NCBI GenBank assembly: GCA_051715345.1
Contig: JBPXJQ010000049.1
Coordinates: forward strand, 20,015 to 84,014
Source: Candidatus Blackallbacteria bacterium
GTDB taxonomy: Bacteria; Cyanobacteriota; Sericytochromatia; UBA7694
DNA: 64,000 nt
Direction of reading: 5' to 3'
Position 1 is the stretch's first letter, and each line of letters begins with the position of its first letter. Below are positions 44,078 through 53,425 of the stretch, piece after piece. The translations under genes were made by a program, and so were the position numbers. The notes beneath the pieces were generated by a model. It was not told where the DNA came from. It made no database searches and worked only from the letters and a program-made list of their open reading frames with translations.

Positions 44078-44881
44078 TCAGGAAATTGGCAGGCTGGGCG
44101 CCTGTAGGAAATTGGAAAGTGTCTGTAAAAAATTGGTAAAGATCAAAATCCCGACCAGAATCAAAAATGCGCCGCTGGCCACAGAAATGGCCTGCATATG
44201 TTTTTGCAATTTGCGAAAATAGACAAAGACCTTGTCCATCAGCAGGGCGGTGATAAAAAAGGGAATGGCCAACCCCAGCGAAAAGACAGCCAAGAGGCGT
44301 ATGCCTTCGACCACCGAGGTTTTGGTGCTGGCAATGGCCAGAATCGATCCCAATTGGGGGCCAATACAAGGCGTCCAGCCCAAGGCAAAACTCAAGCCAA
44401 TCAAAAAAGCCCCCAAATAACCCGGTGGGCGGGCCTTGAGATGAACCCGTTTTTCGTAGAGCAGGGCATTGATCTGAATCAGGCCCATCATGTGCAGGCC
44501 CATCACAATCACCACCACCCCCCCGATTTTGCGCAGCAGATCTTGGTGGGCCTTGAGCATAGCGCCCAGCCCTGTGGCTGTTGCACCCAGGGCGATAAAC
44601 ACCAACGAAAAACCGAGAATAAAACAGAGGGAGCTGAGGATAATCTGGCGCTGGGTCTTTTTCTTTTCCTGCGCTTTTTCGTCAGCCTTGCTGTCTGAAC
44701 GGGCATCTGTATTGGACTCCGATTCTGTATCTTCCTCATTGGCTTTTAATGCGGCAGCAGAAGTGCCTGAGATAAAAAACATATATGAGGGAATGATCGG
44801 CAAGATGCAGGGCGAGGCAAACGAAAAAACACCGGCCCCAAAGGCTGTCCAGAGATCAATCGAACGGACAAATGGATCCAT
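44078..44881 (-). CDS. ccdA: Cytochrome c-type biogenesis protein CcdA (DsbD transmembrane-domain family) with an unusual acidic/Lys-rich loop insertion
   Basis: It has the two conserved Cys-containing motifs ASPCILPIIP and GWTPCIGPQLG. An inserted loop reads KANEEDTESESNTDARSDSKADEKAQEKKKTQRQ. Confidence 0.8.
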   Translation of the reverse strand: MDPFVRSIDLWTAFGAGVFSFASPCILPIIPSYMFFISGTSAAALKANEEDTESESNTDARSDSKADEKAQEKKKTQRQIILSSLCFILGFSLVFIALGATATGLGAMLKAHQDLLRKIGGVVVIVMGLHMMGLIQINALLYEKRVHLKARPPGYLGAFLIGLSFALGWTPCIGPQLGSILAIASTKTSVVEGIRLLAVFSLGLAIPFFITALLMDKVFVYFRKLQKHMQAISVASGAFLILVGILIFTNFLQTLSNFLQAPSLPIS

Positions 44882-44884
44882 TCT

Positions 44885-45577
44885 TTACCAAGCAATCGGC
44901 GGATTGGGTGTGGGCAAGGGGGGCAGGGGAGGCGCTGTCGGGCCAGGAGGCGGGGGTTCAGGATAACGCCGCCGCTTGATATCGTCAATCAGGGCCTTAA
45001 ACACGTCTTTTTTATATACGGAGACTTCCATGCCGCCTTTGTGAAAGCCCACCTTATAGCCATAGAGATCTCCCAAATAATAGGCGTAACCGTCGTAACC
45101 TTTGGGAATCAGAGATTTTTCTGATCCATCAAAGGTGGCCATTTCCATTTTGTATTTATTGAGGTGTTTTTTATCTTTGGCGTCTTTAAAGTCTTTTACA
45201 ATCTGTGAACCCGAATTGCTTTCGGCATACACCAACTCGACCAATTTTAAGGCACGGGCAAATGTGGCATCTTTGGGAGTGGCAGGTGTGACATAGAGAA
45301 CCACTTCATCCACAATCGGGGGGGCGCTCTCGACATACATCCAGATCATTAATTTGCGGCCATTGTCCAGGCGGTATTGGGCATGGTAGTTGCCCACACC
45401 CAATTTGTCAAAAGAGGGAAGATCGCTGACCCTGCGGTGTTTAAATTCATTGCCTACGGGGGTGGGCTTGCGACTGAGCAGGGTATTTTTGGCACTGGTA
45501 ATTTCCATACCGGGCAGGGCCCAAGCTGGAGCAGACAGGCACAGCAAAGCGGCAGACAGTAATAGGGGATGTTTCAT
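44885..45577 (-). CDS. Secreted hypothetical protein with Pro-rich C-terminus
   Basis: It has a signal peptide (MKHPLLLSAALLCLSAPAWALPG) and a C-terminal PEPPPPGPTAPPLPPLPTPNPP. It is 3 bp from ccdA and 3 bp from the GT2 gene. Confidence 0.5.
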   Translation of the reverse strand: MKHPLLLSAALLCLSAPAWALPGMEITSAKNTLLSRKPTPVGNEFKHRRVSDLPSFDKLGVGNYHAQYRLDNGRKLMIWMYVESAPPIVDEVVLYVTPATPKDATFARALKLVELVYAESNSGSQIVKDFKDAKDKKHLNKYKMEMATFDGSEKSLIPKGYDGYAYYLGDLYGYKVGFHKGGMEVSVYKKDVFKALIDDIKRRRYPEPPPPGPTAPPLPPLPTPNPPIAW

Positions 45578-45580
45578 CGT

Positions 45581-46879
45581 TTATTCAATCAGAGGGGGCG
45601 CACCCACTCCGTTGAAAACCTCCTTTGAGCTGGATATTGCTCCCGTTTGATCAAAACGGGAGGGGTATTTATAAACTTCGGTTTCGACATCGCTGATCAT
45701 GCGGTAGTAAATCTGCCGCCAGACAAAGCGATCGGTAAAGGCTGATGCAAAGAGCGTCAGCCAGACAAAGACGTAAGCAAACGGGGACCAGAACGCCCAG
45801 TATACCTTGCCACCGAGCGGATCGGAATCCGGGCGGCGATCGCGAATCATGTTTAAGGCCCGAATAAACAGGGCTGATTGCACAATCCCTGCCGGAAAAA
45901 TACTCAACATGCCCCAGGTTGTTGCCGCAATCGGCGCACCCGTTTGCAGGGCAACATATAGTTGCCAGAGCCCGACTGCTCCCGCGATATGGATGGCGGT
46001 GAGCATGGTGACTGTGGCATACCAAACCTCTTTGAGGGTGTGTTTGCCAATCACACATTGGCGCACGGCAAAGATCAAAATATCTTTGAGACTGTATTCA
46101 CTCGAAAGGCTGGTCATTGACGCTGTGACAAATTCCACGCGATAACCGGCTCTGCGGACACATTCGTTGAGCACACAATCGTCAGACAGGGCATTGTCCC
46201 ACTCTTTGCGAATATTTAATTCTTCAAAGCGTTTGCGGGTAATGGCCATGGTGCCGCCCCAGGTGACCACATAGCGGTTGAGGTAAAAATTGCTGAATTG
46301 GAAACCCGTCCAGAGCGCCAAAGCATAGGTGATCGCGCGACCCGGCTCGGGGCGGTACCAGCGATAAGAAGTGGTGGCCCCTACTTTTTCTTGGGCCAAA
46401 GGCGCAACCAGATTGCGCAGCCAATCCGTCGAAACCCGTGCATCGCTGTCGACAAAAGCATAGATATCCACGCTCCCGTCGAGGGCATCCATGGCAGCCA
46501 TGATATTGTCTAATTTTTGGCAGCGCTTTTTGCTGAATCCGCCCAGGAGTAAACGGGCAGGTACCTTGGACTCGGCCACCATGCGCTTGAGAACGGGATA
46601 GCTGTCATCCTGCTCATCAAGGGTGACAAAGACAATTTCGTAATTGGGATAGTCCTGATGCAACAACATGCGCATATTGTCTTCGAAATCGGGGTCGAGA
46701 TCTTTGCAGGGCGAAATGAGGGCCACGCGGGGCCACTCACTGGCGAGTTTGTCTCCGGGTTGGGCCACTTTTTTATCCAGCTCAGCTTTAAAAAAACGGA
46801 GGGTCATCAGGCCACCGAAGATGATAAAAGCTGAAAAAAAGCTTGCCAAGACTGATAATAGCAAAAACAGGAGCGCCAT
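45581..46879 (-). CDS. Membrane glycosyltransferase family 2 (ceramide-glucosyltransferase/GT21-like)
   Basis: 432 aa with an N-terminal TM, a GT-A fold with D...DxD-like residues (FVDSDARV) and C-terminal TM helices. Confidence 0.65.
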   Translation of the reverse strand: MALLFLLLSVLASFFSAFIIFGGLMTLRFFKAELDKKVAQPGDKLASEWPRVALISPCKDLDPDFEDNMRMLLHQDYPNYEIVFVTLDEQDDSYPVLKRMVAESKVPARLLLGGFSKKRCQKLDNIMAAMDALDGSVDIYAFVDSDARVSTDWLRNLVAPLAQEKVGATTSYRWYRPEPGRAITYALALWTGFQFSNFYLNRYVVTWGGTMAITRKRFEELNIRKEWDNALSDDCVLNECVRRAGYRVEFVTASMTSLSSEYSLKDILIFAVRQCVIGKHTLKEVWYATVTMLTAIHIAGAVGLWQLYVALQTGAPIAATTWGMLSIFPAGIVQSALFIRALNMIRDRRPDSDPLGGKVYWAFWSPFAYVFVWLTLFASAFTDRFVWRQIYYRMISDVETEVYKYPSRFDQTGAISSSKEVFNGVGAPPLIE

Positions 46880-46936
46880 GATTCCCCACTTTTTTTATCA
46901 ATTATAGCAGGGGCAAGGCGTGACTCGGAACACCTG

Positions 46937-47539
46937 TCAGTCATTCTCTGAGAGTTGTAAACATTCCCGAATCCAAGCTGCCGGTTGAGCAGAGACCGTG
47001 GCAAAGGCATGAATTTCGACCAAATCTGTCATTGCGATGACTTTGCGCCATTCAAAGCCCGCTTCTTTCAAGACCTTTTTCAAGAGCTTGGGGCTGAAGC
47101 CAAATTTATGCGCATAGGGTTCCCCTTTGCGGGCAATTTGGGGGCTGTGGCCAAAAATCAGATCCAAATATCTTACCGGCCCGGCAGAAGAGAGGTAAAG
47201 CACGGCATCGGGTTCAGCCATGCGCACTGCCATATGGCCCATGGCCTGTTGTAAATTGGGCACGATAATATGCACAAAACCCGCGGGGTTGAGCATATGT
47301 TTAAAACCTGCCAACACCTGGGGAATCTCGTGTTCGTAATAATGCTCGAGATTGTGAGAGCAAAACAGGGCATCATAGTCTGCGCGGGGCTGTTCGGTCA
47401 ATAAGCGGGCATCTGAACACAGGTCCACATCTGGGCCTGGTAAAATATCGAGCAAGTGATGTTCCATGCCTGCAAAATGCGGTGGCAGCTCACCGCGTTT
47501 ATTGGCGCCGCCGACATTGAGAAATTTGCGTTGAATCAT
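46937..47539 (-). CDS. Class I SAM-dependent methyltransferase
   Basis: 200 aa with an LNVGGA motif and Methyltransf-like topology. Confidence 0.6.
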   Translation of the reverse strand: MIQRKFLNVGGANKRGELPPHFAGMEHHLLDILPGPDVDLCSDARLLTEQPRADYDALFCSHNLEHYYEHEIPQVLAGFKHMLNPAGFVHIIVPNLQQAMGHMAVRMAEPDAVLYLSSAGPVRYLDLIFGHSPQIARKGEPYAHKFGFSPKLLKKVLKEAGFEWRKVIAMTDLVEIHAFATVSAQPAAWIRECLQLSEND

Positions 47540-47672
47540 GAGAGCAGTTTAACAATTTTTCTCAGCTCTCCCAAGAAACGCTGAGAAAGTTCCAAACAGA
47601 CGTTAAAATAGAGAATATCTGTTCGGGGTCGTCAATCTGAAAAAAACACCTGAACTGGAAAGGGCCCGGCCA

Positions 47673-48503
47673 ATGGCAATTACACCCCCATCTCTCAGAG
47701 TAATCCTGTCTTGGGGGGGGCTGCTCAGCTCGCTGCAATTACTGGCCTGTAGCTCTCCCCGGCCAGCCCCGCTCGATCTGACAGAACTCAATCAAGCCAT
47801 TCATCGCTTAACCAATGCCCTGCGGGTCGAAAAAGGCCTGCCGCCATTGGCTGAACTTGATAGCTTAAATTCCCTTTCAACGCGCCACAGCTTGGACATG
47901 GCACGGCAGAATTTTTTCGACCATACCAATCCCCAAGGCCAGGATCCCTTTTCTCGACTTAAAGCCCAACAGCCAGGCCTGCTTGTGACTGTTTCTGGTG
48001 AAAACATCGCCATGCGCAGCACCGCAGGCGAAAAGGCGAGCGAATTTGCCCAGGTATTGCTTGAGCTTTGGAAAAATTCTCCCGAACACTATGCCCATTT
48101 GGTCGAACCCACGTTTCGGCATTTGGGGGTGGGTGTGGCTCAGGCCGAAGATCGGATCTATGCCACCCAAACCTTTGCTGCCGCTGTGGCTGAATTGGAA
48201 GCCCCCCTGCCTGAAACGGTTTCAACAGGAGAGACCGTCAACCTCTCTTTCCGCTTTCATGCCGATTTTCCGCCAGCGGAACTCAGCGCCTTTATGAGTG
48301 CTCCCGATGGCACTGCCCGCATTCCCAGCGGCGACGGGCGCTATTATATCGGCAAAGGCCCGATTGGCATTCAATGGAGCGATAGCATGCATTTTCAGAT
48401 TCAGATTCCCACCCTTTACGGTTTGGGCAATTATCGGCTGAGTTTGGGCCATCAATCCCAGTATTATGATCACCCGTTTGTGTTTAAAGCCCTGGCCAAA
48501 TAA
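47673..48503 (+). CDS. CAP (SCP/PR-1-like) domain lipoprotein
   Basis: It has a signal peptide with lipobox LLACSS. The CAP signature segments are HSLDMARQNFFDHTNPQG, GENIA and NSPEHYAHL. Confidence 0.7.
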   Translation: MAITPPSLRVILSWGGLLSSLQLLACSSPRPAPLDLTELNQAIHRLTNALRVEKGLPPLAELDSLNSLSTRHSLDMARQNFFDHTNPQGQDPFSRLKAQQPGLLVTVSGENIAMRSTAGEKASEFAQVLLELWKNSPEHYAHLVEPTFRHLGVGVAQAEDRIYATQTFAAAVAELEAPLPETVSTGETVNLSFRFHADFPPAELSAFMSAPDGTARIPSGDGRYYIGKGPIGIQWSDSMHFQIQIPTLYGLGNYRLSLGHQSQYYDHPFVFKALAK

Positions 48504-48650
48504 CCCATCAAGGCATAGGCGGTGCGCCAGTACGGCCCCTCTCATGCAGCGTAAGCACACACATGAATTGGTTATAATGGTGAACAGACCCTCTCACTGA
48601 GTCCCTTTCCTTTAGAGCCAATTTACTATTAGAGCCAGGAGTTCGCATTC

Positions 48651-50288
48651 ATGTCTATTGAACCCATATCCGAAGCCGAAACTGAAGATTCGCTCGATCG
48701 CTTTCTTGCGACAGAAACCTCAACCCAAAGTTTAGAGACCCCCACAGAGAGCTATCTTTCTCCTTTTGCTGGCCTGAGCCTGTATGCCGAAGAAGATGAA
48801 TACCAAGAAGAAGATGAAGATCTACCGCCTTTTATGCGGGCCCAAGCCCAAAAAACAGAAGAAAAACCCGCGCCGGTTGCCCCTTCGGTACCAGAAACAC
48901 CCTCGGCCAAGGTGACTCCCGCCGCTCCAGCGGCCCCGCCCCCTGTTCCCCAACGGGCAGCCGCTGAATTGGCCCCTGAAGAGTTGCAAGAGACCCTGAT
49001 TGTGGGGGGATTCAGTTTAAATTCAGGCGATAGTCAATACAAGCAAGAAGAGAGCATGCTCAATTATCTGATCAAAAATGCCCTGGTTGATCAGGTTTCT
49101 GCGATCCATATTGAACCCATGGACCGGTATATTCGTGTGCGCTACCGGATTGGCGGTGTTTTACAACAAAAAACCGCCTTGCCCCCCAATTTGGGCATGC
49201 CCATGCTTGCGCGTTTAAAACAACTCTGTGCCTTAAATGCCGAAACTGTTGCATCACCCCAGCAGAACCGGGTTCACGCCAGTTTTAATGAGCAAGAATT
49301 TGAGTTGGGCTTGGCCACCTATCCCACCGCCTGGGGTGAGAGCATGGTCTTGAGTTTGCGTCAGAAACAGAAATCTGCCAATGATGTACTCCGACTCGAT
49401 AGCATTGGGCTTTCACCCTTGAATCTTTGGCGCTTGCAAAAATTATTGGGCCAACCCGGCGGCCTGACGATCGTGACCGGCCCCGCCCGTTCAGGCAAAA
49501 CAACCACCCTTTATGCAGCTTTAAATGCCCTAAATTTGCTCAGCCGTTCGATTGTTACGGCTGAAAATCCGCTCGAACACCTGATCATGGGCATTACCCA
49601 GGGCAATTGGAGCCCCGAAAACGGGGAATCTTATCCAGACTTGATCCGCGCCATGTCTCATTTGGATCCCGATGTCTTGATGGTGAGTCAATTGGATTCA
49701 CCCGAAACCGTTGAAGCCACTGTGGAGCAAGCTCTTACCGGTGCCAAGGTGCTCACTTCGTATCACAGCTTTGATACCATGGGGGCCCTGCTGCGTTTGG
49801 GGGTGCAGGGGCTGGAATCGTATTTGATCGCCTCCAGCAATGTGACCCTGATTTCCCAGCGCTTGGTGCGCAAGCTTTGCCCCCATTGTCGCCATGCCGA
49901 TTCTCCTCCCAAAGAATTCCTCGACGTCTTGGGACTCAAAGGGGTTCATCCCAAGTCTTTTCCCGTTTATTGGGCCCGTGGCTGTAGCGAATGTAATCAA
50001 ATGGGCTATTTGGGCCAAACCACCCTGCAAGAGATGTTGGTCTTAAACGAATCCATGCGTGAGGCCATTTTGGACCATCAACCCGCCGCCCGTATTCGCG
50101 AGTTGGCGAGACAAGAAGGCAAATTGGTGACCATGGCTGAAGACGGCTATTTTAAGGCCACAGAAGGGATCACCTCACTCTCTGAAGTGCAAAGGGTGGC
50201 TTTTGTGAACGAGTTTGATGCCAAATCACCCTGGGAAGCCGAAAAAATCCTCAAGGTCTGCAAGGGTGAAGATCAGAGCTATTTGTAA
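48651..50288 (+). CDS. Atypical GspE/PilB-family secretion ATPase, paralog 1 (acidic disordered N-terminus, divergent Walker A and Asp box)
   Basis: It has the N1E/N2E cores HIEPMDRYIRVRYRIGGVL and Walker A TGPARSGKTTTL. The Asp box reads TAENPLEH, with N replacing the usual D. The tetra-Cys motif is CPHC...CSEC. A C-terminal tail VAFVNEFDAKSPWEAE is shared with paralog 2. Confidence 0.8.
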   Translation: MSIEPISEAETEDSLDRFLATETSTQSLETPTESYLSPFAGLSLYAEEDEYQEEDEDLPPFMRAQAQKTEEKPAPVAPSVPETPSAKVTPAAPAAPPPVPQRAAAELAPEELQETLIVGGFSLNSGDSQYKQEESMLNYLIKNALVDQVSAIHIEPMDRYIRVRYRIGGVLQQKTALPPNLGMPMLARLKQLCALNAETVASPQQNRVHASFNEQEFELGLATYPTAWGESMVLSLRQKQKSANDVLRLDSIGLSPLNLWRLQKLLGQPGGLTIVTGPARSGKTTTLYAALNALNLLSRSIVTAENPLEHLIMGITQGNWSPENGESYPDLIRAMSHLDPDVLMVSQLDSPETVEATVEQALTGAKVLTSYHSFDTMGALLRLGVQGLESYLIASSNVTLISQRLVRKLCPHCRHADSPPKEFLDVLGLKGVHPKSFPVYWARGCSECNQMGYLGQTTLQEMLVLNESMREAILDHQPAARIRELARQEGKLVTMAEDGYFKATEGITSLSEVQRVAFVNEFDAKSPWEAEKILKVCKGEDQSYL

Positions 50289-50310
50289 TGCGTTTCAATG
50301 GGGTTTGCAA

Positions 50311-50337
50311 AGAAAAAACGGCGGGTGAAAGCCCGCC
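50311..50337 (-). terminator. Rho-independent terminator candidate downstream of the glycine-zipper gene (minus strand)
   Basis: Stem GGCGGG, loop tgaaag, stem CCCGCC. Read on the minus strand it is followed by TTTTTTCTTTG. Confidence 0.55.
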
Positions 50338-50370
50338 GCTTGAGAGAGATACCAATACGAGAATCGAATT

Positions 50371-51087
50371 TTACTTGTCGGTATTGAGCAAACCAATACC
50401 TGCGCCGATAGCTGCACCGATCACAAAGGCAACTGGAGAGGCATGAGTCAGGCGATCGGCGGCCATTGAGGCGATCGCAGAGCCCGCAATACCGACAGCA
50501 GAGCCACCGATTAATGCGCCAGCAACGGTATTTTTAATCGCGTTGGTATTTTTGTCGCCGGTGTCGAGGTTCACCAAGCCAATGCCGGTGCCCAGAGCGA
50601 TACCGATGCCCACACCCAGACCACTGGGGCCAGAAAGCTGATCAAATCCAATGGAACGGACGGCGCTGTTGGCAATCGCCATGGCTGAACCGCCAATTAA
50701 GGCGCCTGCAGCGGTGTTTTTAATTTGATTGGTGGTTTCGTTGCCGGTTTCGAGATTGAGCAGGCCGATGCCAGCGCCCATCGATACACCAATACCAACA
50801 CCCGTCAGGGTGGGGGCGGTCAGGCGATCGGCTGCAATGGAGTTGACGATGCCATTGGCCAGGGTACCAGCACCACCACCGATTAAGACGCCACCGGCGA
50901 TTTTTTTTGCGATGTCTAAGGGGTCAGAGGTTTGTTTTTTGAATTCTACAGCGTCACCCTGGTCGAGGGGGCTGGGCGCAGGTGGGGCAGGAGGCAGGGG
51001 TTGTTGTTGGGGTTCTACGGCGCGGGCGGTAATCCGGGTTTCAACTGTGACTTGAACGTTGGAGCCAGAAACTTGAAAATTTCCCAT
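50371..51087 (-). CDS. Glycine-zipper repeat protein (three tandem ~55-aa repeats)
   Basis: The repeats read NT.AGALIGGSA..IA.SA..S...D.L..P..LGVGIG...G.GIGL.NL.TG, x3. The N-terminus has a Pro-rich segment QQQPLPPAPPAPSP. Confidence 0.6.
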   Translation of the reverse strand: MGNFQVSGSNVQVTVETRITARAVEPQQQPLPPAPPAPSPLDQGDAVEFKKQTSDPLDIAKKIAGGVLIGGGAGTLANGIVNSIAADRLTAPTLTGVGIGVSMGAGIGLLNLETGNETTNQIKNTAAGALIGGSAMAIANSAVRSIGFDQLSGPSGLGVGIGIALGTGIGLVNLDTGDKNTNAIKNTVAGALIGGSAVGIAGSAIASMAADRLTHASPVAFVIGAAIGAGIGLLNTDK

Positions 51088-51243
51088 TTTTCGAATTCTC
51101 TCTTTGCAATTAATCTCTCTTGATAATAAAGTTATACCCCAAAAAGGGGGCTTCCTGACATTAAGAAAGACAAGTCCAATTTAAGCTTGGGTTAGATTTG
51201 ATTAATCCTATTTTGCAGCTGTGGGAGCCCCTCAATGATCGGC

Positions 51244-52431
51244 TCAATGATCTGCAGGGGCTTTGCGGCGGCGGGAGATTTCCCGAATAATCAGATCCAA
51301 CTCCCGGCCCACTTGTCCAGCCACAGAGGTATTTTCCTCGGCCCGGCGGATCAAATAGGGCACAATTTCTTTGACCGGGGCATAAGGGACGTATTTGACC
51401 ACGTGGTACCCCGCCCGTGCCAGATTGAAGCTGAGATGATCACTCATCCCGAGCAATTGGGCAAACCAAATGTGGGGGTGCTCAGCAGGCAAATTGCGTT
51501 TTTGCATTTCTGCCACAAGGTGGTAATTGCTCTCTTCGTTGTGGCTGCCTGCACAAAAGGCCACACGCTCCAGGTGATCCAGACAGAGGCTGACAGCGGC
51601 ATTATAATCGCGGTCGGTGGCCGCTTTATTGGGCTGAATCGGGTCGGGATAGCCTTTCTGAGCCGCACGGGCGCGCTCTTTCTCCATATACGCACCGCGT
51701 ACCAATTTTAATCCCAATTGAAATCCCTCTTGCTCAGCCAGATGCAGGCTGTCTTTGAGATAGCTCAGGCGATCACTGCGGTACATCTGCAGCGTATTCC
51801 AAACCCAGGCTTGTTTACGGTTGAATTTGCGCATCATATTGAGGGCAAAGCGGTCTATGGCCGGTTGAATCCAACTCTCTTCGGCATCTAAAAATACCGG
51901 TGTCTCGGCCTCTGCGGCTGCGGCACAAATGCGCTCTATTCGAGCTTCTACCCGTTCCAGTTCGGCCTTTTCGCTTTGGCTCAGTCCGCCCCATTGGCTG
52001 GCTTTTTCCAAAAGTTCAAAGCGGGCGAGCCCCGTCACTTTAAACACGGCAAAGGGAATATCTGCATCCCCTTTGGCACGGGCAATGCCATGCAAAAGTT
52101 CAGTCGTGGTATTTTCAAAGCTGCTTTCGGAAGATTTGCCCTCAGCAGAATAGTCCAAAATGGTGCCAATTTTGTACTTGGCCAATTGGCTGATCGTTTC
52201 AGCACAGGCTTCTATATTTTCGCCCCCGACAAATTGGCGAAACAGCGTCGCTTTGATCAGGGGACCAATTGGCAGGTGCAGGGCAAAACTGGCCTGGGTG
52301 ACATATTTTCCCATTTCGACCAGCTTGCGGCTGCCAAGTGTCTTAAACAGCAGATAGGCCCTGCGTAAATCCAAATTGCTGCGGGATTCAAAGGCGATTT
52401 GGGTGTTGTCAAAGGAGAGGGGGGTCGGCAT
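51244..52431 (-). CDS. Proline dehydrogenase (PutA PRODH-domain family)
   Basis: 395 aa with the LKLVRGAYMEKER and VKYVPYAPVKEIVPYLIRRAEEN motifs of FAD-dependent proline dehydrogenases. Confidence 0.8.
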   Translation of the reverse strand: MPTPLSFDNTQIAFESRSNLDLRRAYLLFKTLGSRKLVEMGKYVTQASFALHLPIGPLIKATLFRQFVGGENIEACAETISQLAKYKIGTILDYSAEGKSSESSFENTTTELLHGIARAKGDADIPFAVFKVTGLARFELLEKASQWGGLSQSEKAELERVEARIERICAAAAEAETPVFLDAEESWIQPAIDRFALNMMRKFNRKQAWVWNTLQMYRSDRLSYLKDSLHLAEQEGFQLGLKLVRGAYMEKERARAAQKGYPDPIQPNKAATDRDYNAAVSLCLDHLERVAFCAGSHNEESNYHLVAEMQKRNLPAEHPHIWFAQLLGMSDHLSFNLARAGYHVVKYVPYAPVKEIVPYLIRRAEENTSVAGQVGRELDLIIREISRRRKAPADH

Positions 52432-52521
52432 AAAAGGTACTTTCGCATCTTCAAGATAGAATTCACTGGTATCTTAACCCCAGATTGGGGGCTTCCCCAA
52501 GTAAAAGCCAAGTAAAAAGCC

Positions 52522-52553
52522 AAAGAAAAAACCTGCCCCGGGGGAGAGGCAGG
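52522..52553 (-). terminator. Rho-independent terminator candidate after the nucleotidyltransferase gene (minus strand)
   Basis: Read on the minus strand: CCTGCC, loop tctcccccgg, GGCAGG, followed by TTTTTTCTTT. Confidence 0.6.
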
Positions 52554-52663
52554 CTTCGGGCCACTTGCTGAAGACAAGCATTTGAAGGGACAGAGTCAAA
52601 TCCTGAACTCTTTTATTATATAAAGAATTGTAAACTTTTGTCAAGTATTGTGAATGACTTTTT

Positions 52664-53425
52664 TTAATCCGGGTTTTTGCTCTCTGAAAGTGTGGGCTGG
52701 AACATCAGCGAATTGGCGTAATACCAAGAGTCAAAGGTGCCTGCGTCGGTCCACCAGCCTGGCATTACCTCGTGCTGTAATAGGCCAGCGTGTAAATAGG
52801 CCCGGTTGACCTCGGTGATCTCCAATTCGTTGCGGGTCGAAGGCTTGAGGCCGCGAATGATCTCAAAGACCTCGGCATCATAACCATAAATGCCCGTCAC
52901 AGCATAATCCGAAGGGGCTAGTTCGGGTTTTTCGAGAATATCGCTGATCACCTGGCTGGTGTTACCGTCTTTGCTGACCTCTTGAAGGGCCACCACCCCG
53001 TAGCGCGTGGGGTCGGGCACCTGTTTGAGCAAAATTCGCGCTCCGCTTCCCTGTTTTTCGAAGCGCCGAATAAAGCCCTTGAGATCGCTTTGAAAAATAT
53101 TGTCTCCGAGGATCACGGTCATCAGATCGTGAGAGGCGAAGTGCTCCGCCAGAGCCAGGGCCTGGGCAATGCCACCCGGTTGGTCTTGGACCCGGTAAGT
53201 CAAACGGCAGCCAAGTTCATAGCCGCTTCCCAGCAGGCCAATCACAGCCCCCATGTGTTCGACCCCCGTGACAATCAAAATTTCTTCAATCCCCGCTTCT
53301 ATCAATTTACGCAAAGGGTGAAAAATCATGGGCTCTTTGCCCACGGGCAAGAGATGTTTGTTGGTGACTTTGGTCAGGGGAAAGAGACGGGAACCGGTGC
53401 CACCGGCCAAGATAATACCTTTCAC
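52664..53425 (-). CDS. Sugar-phosphate nucleotidyltransferase (RmlA/RfbA-like short form)
   Basis: The N-terminus has the MKGIILAGGTGSRLFPLTKVTNKHLLPV signature. Confidence 0.75.
   Translation of the reverse strand: MKGIILAGGTGSRLFPLTKVTNKHLLPVGKEPMIFHPLRKLIEAGIEEILIVTGVEHMGAVIGLLGSGYELGCRLTYRVQDQPGGIAQALALAEHFASHDLMTVILGDNIFQSDLKGFIRRFEKQGSGARILLKQVPDPTRYGVVALQEVSKDGNTSQVISDILEKPELAPSDYAVTGIYGYDAEVFEIIRGLKPSTRNELEITEVNRAYLHAGLLQHEVMPGWWTDAGTFDSWYYANSLMFQPTLSESKNPD

Noticed and set aside
51088-51243. CCCCAAAAAGGGGG palindrome as a terminator
   Set aside because: The stem is only 4-5 bp, with an A5 loop and no flanking U-tract on the relevant strand. That is too weak.
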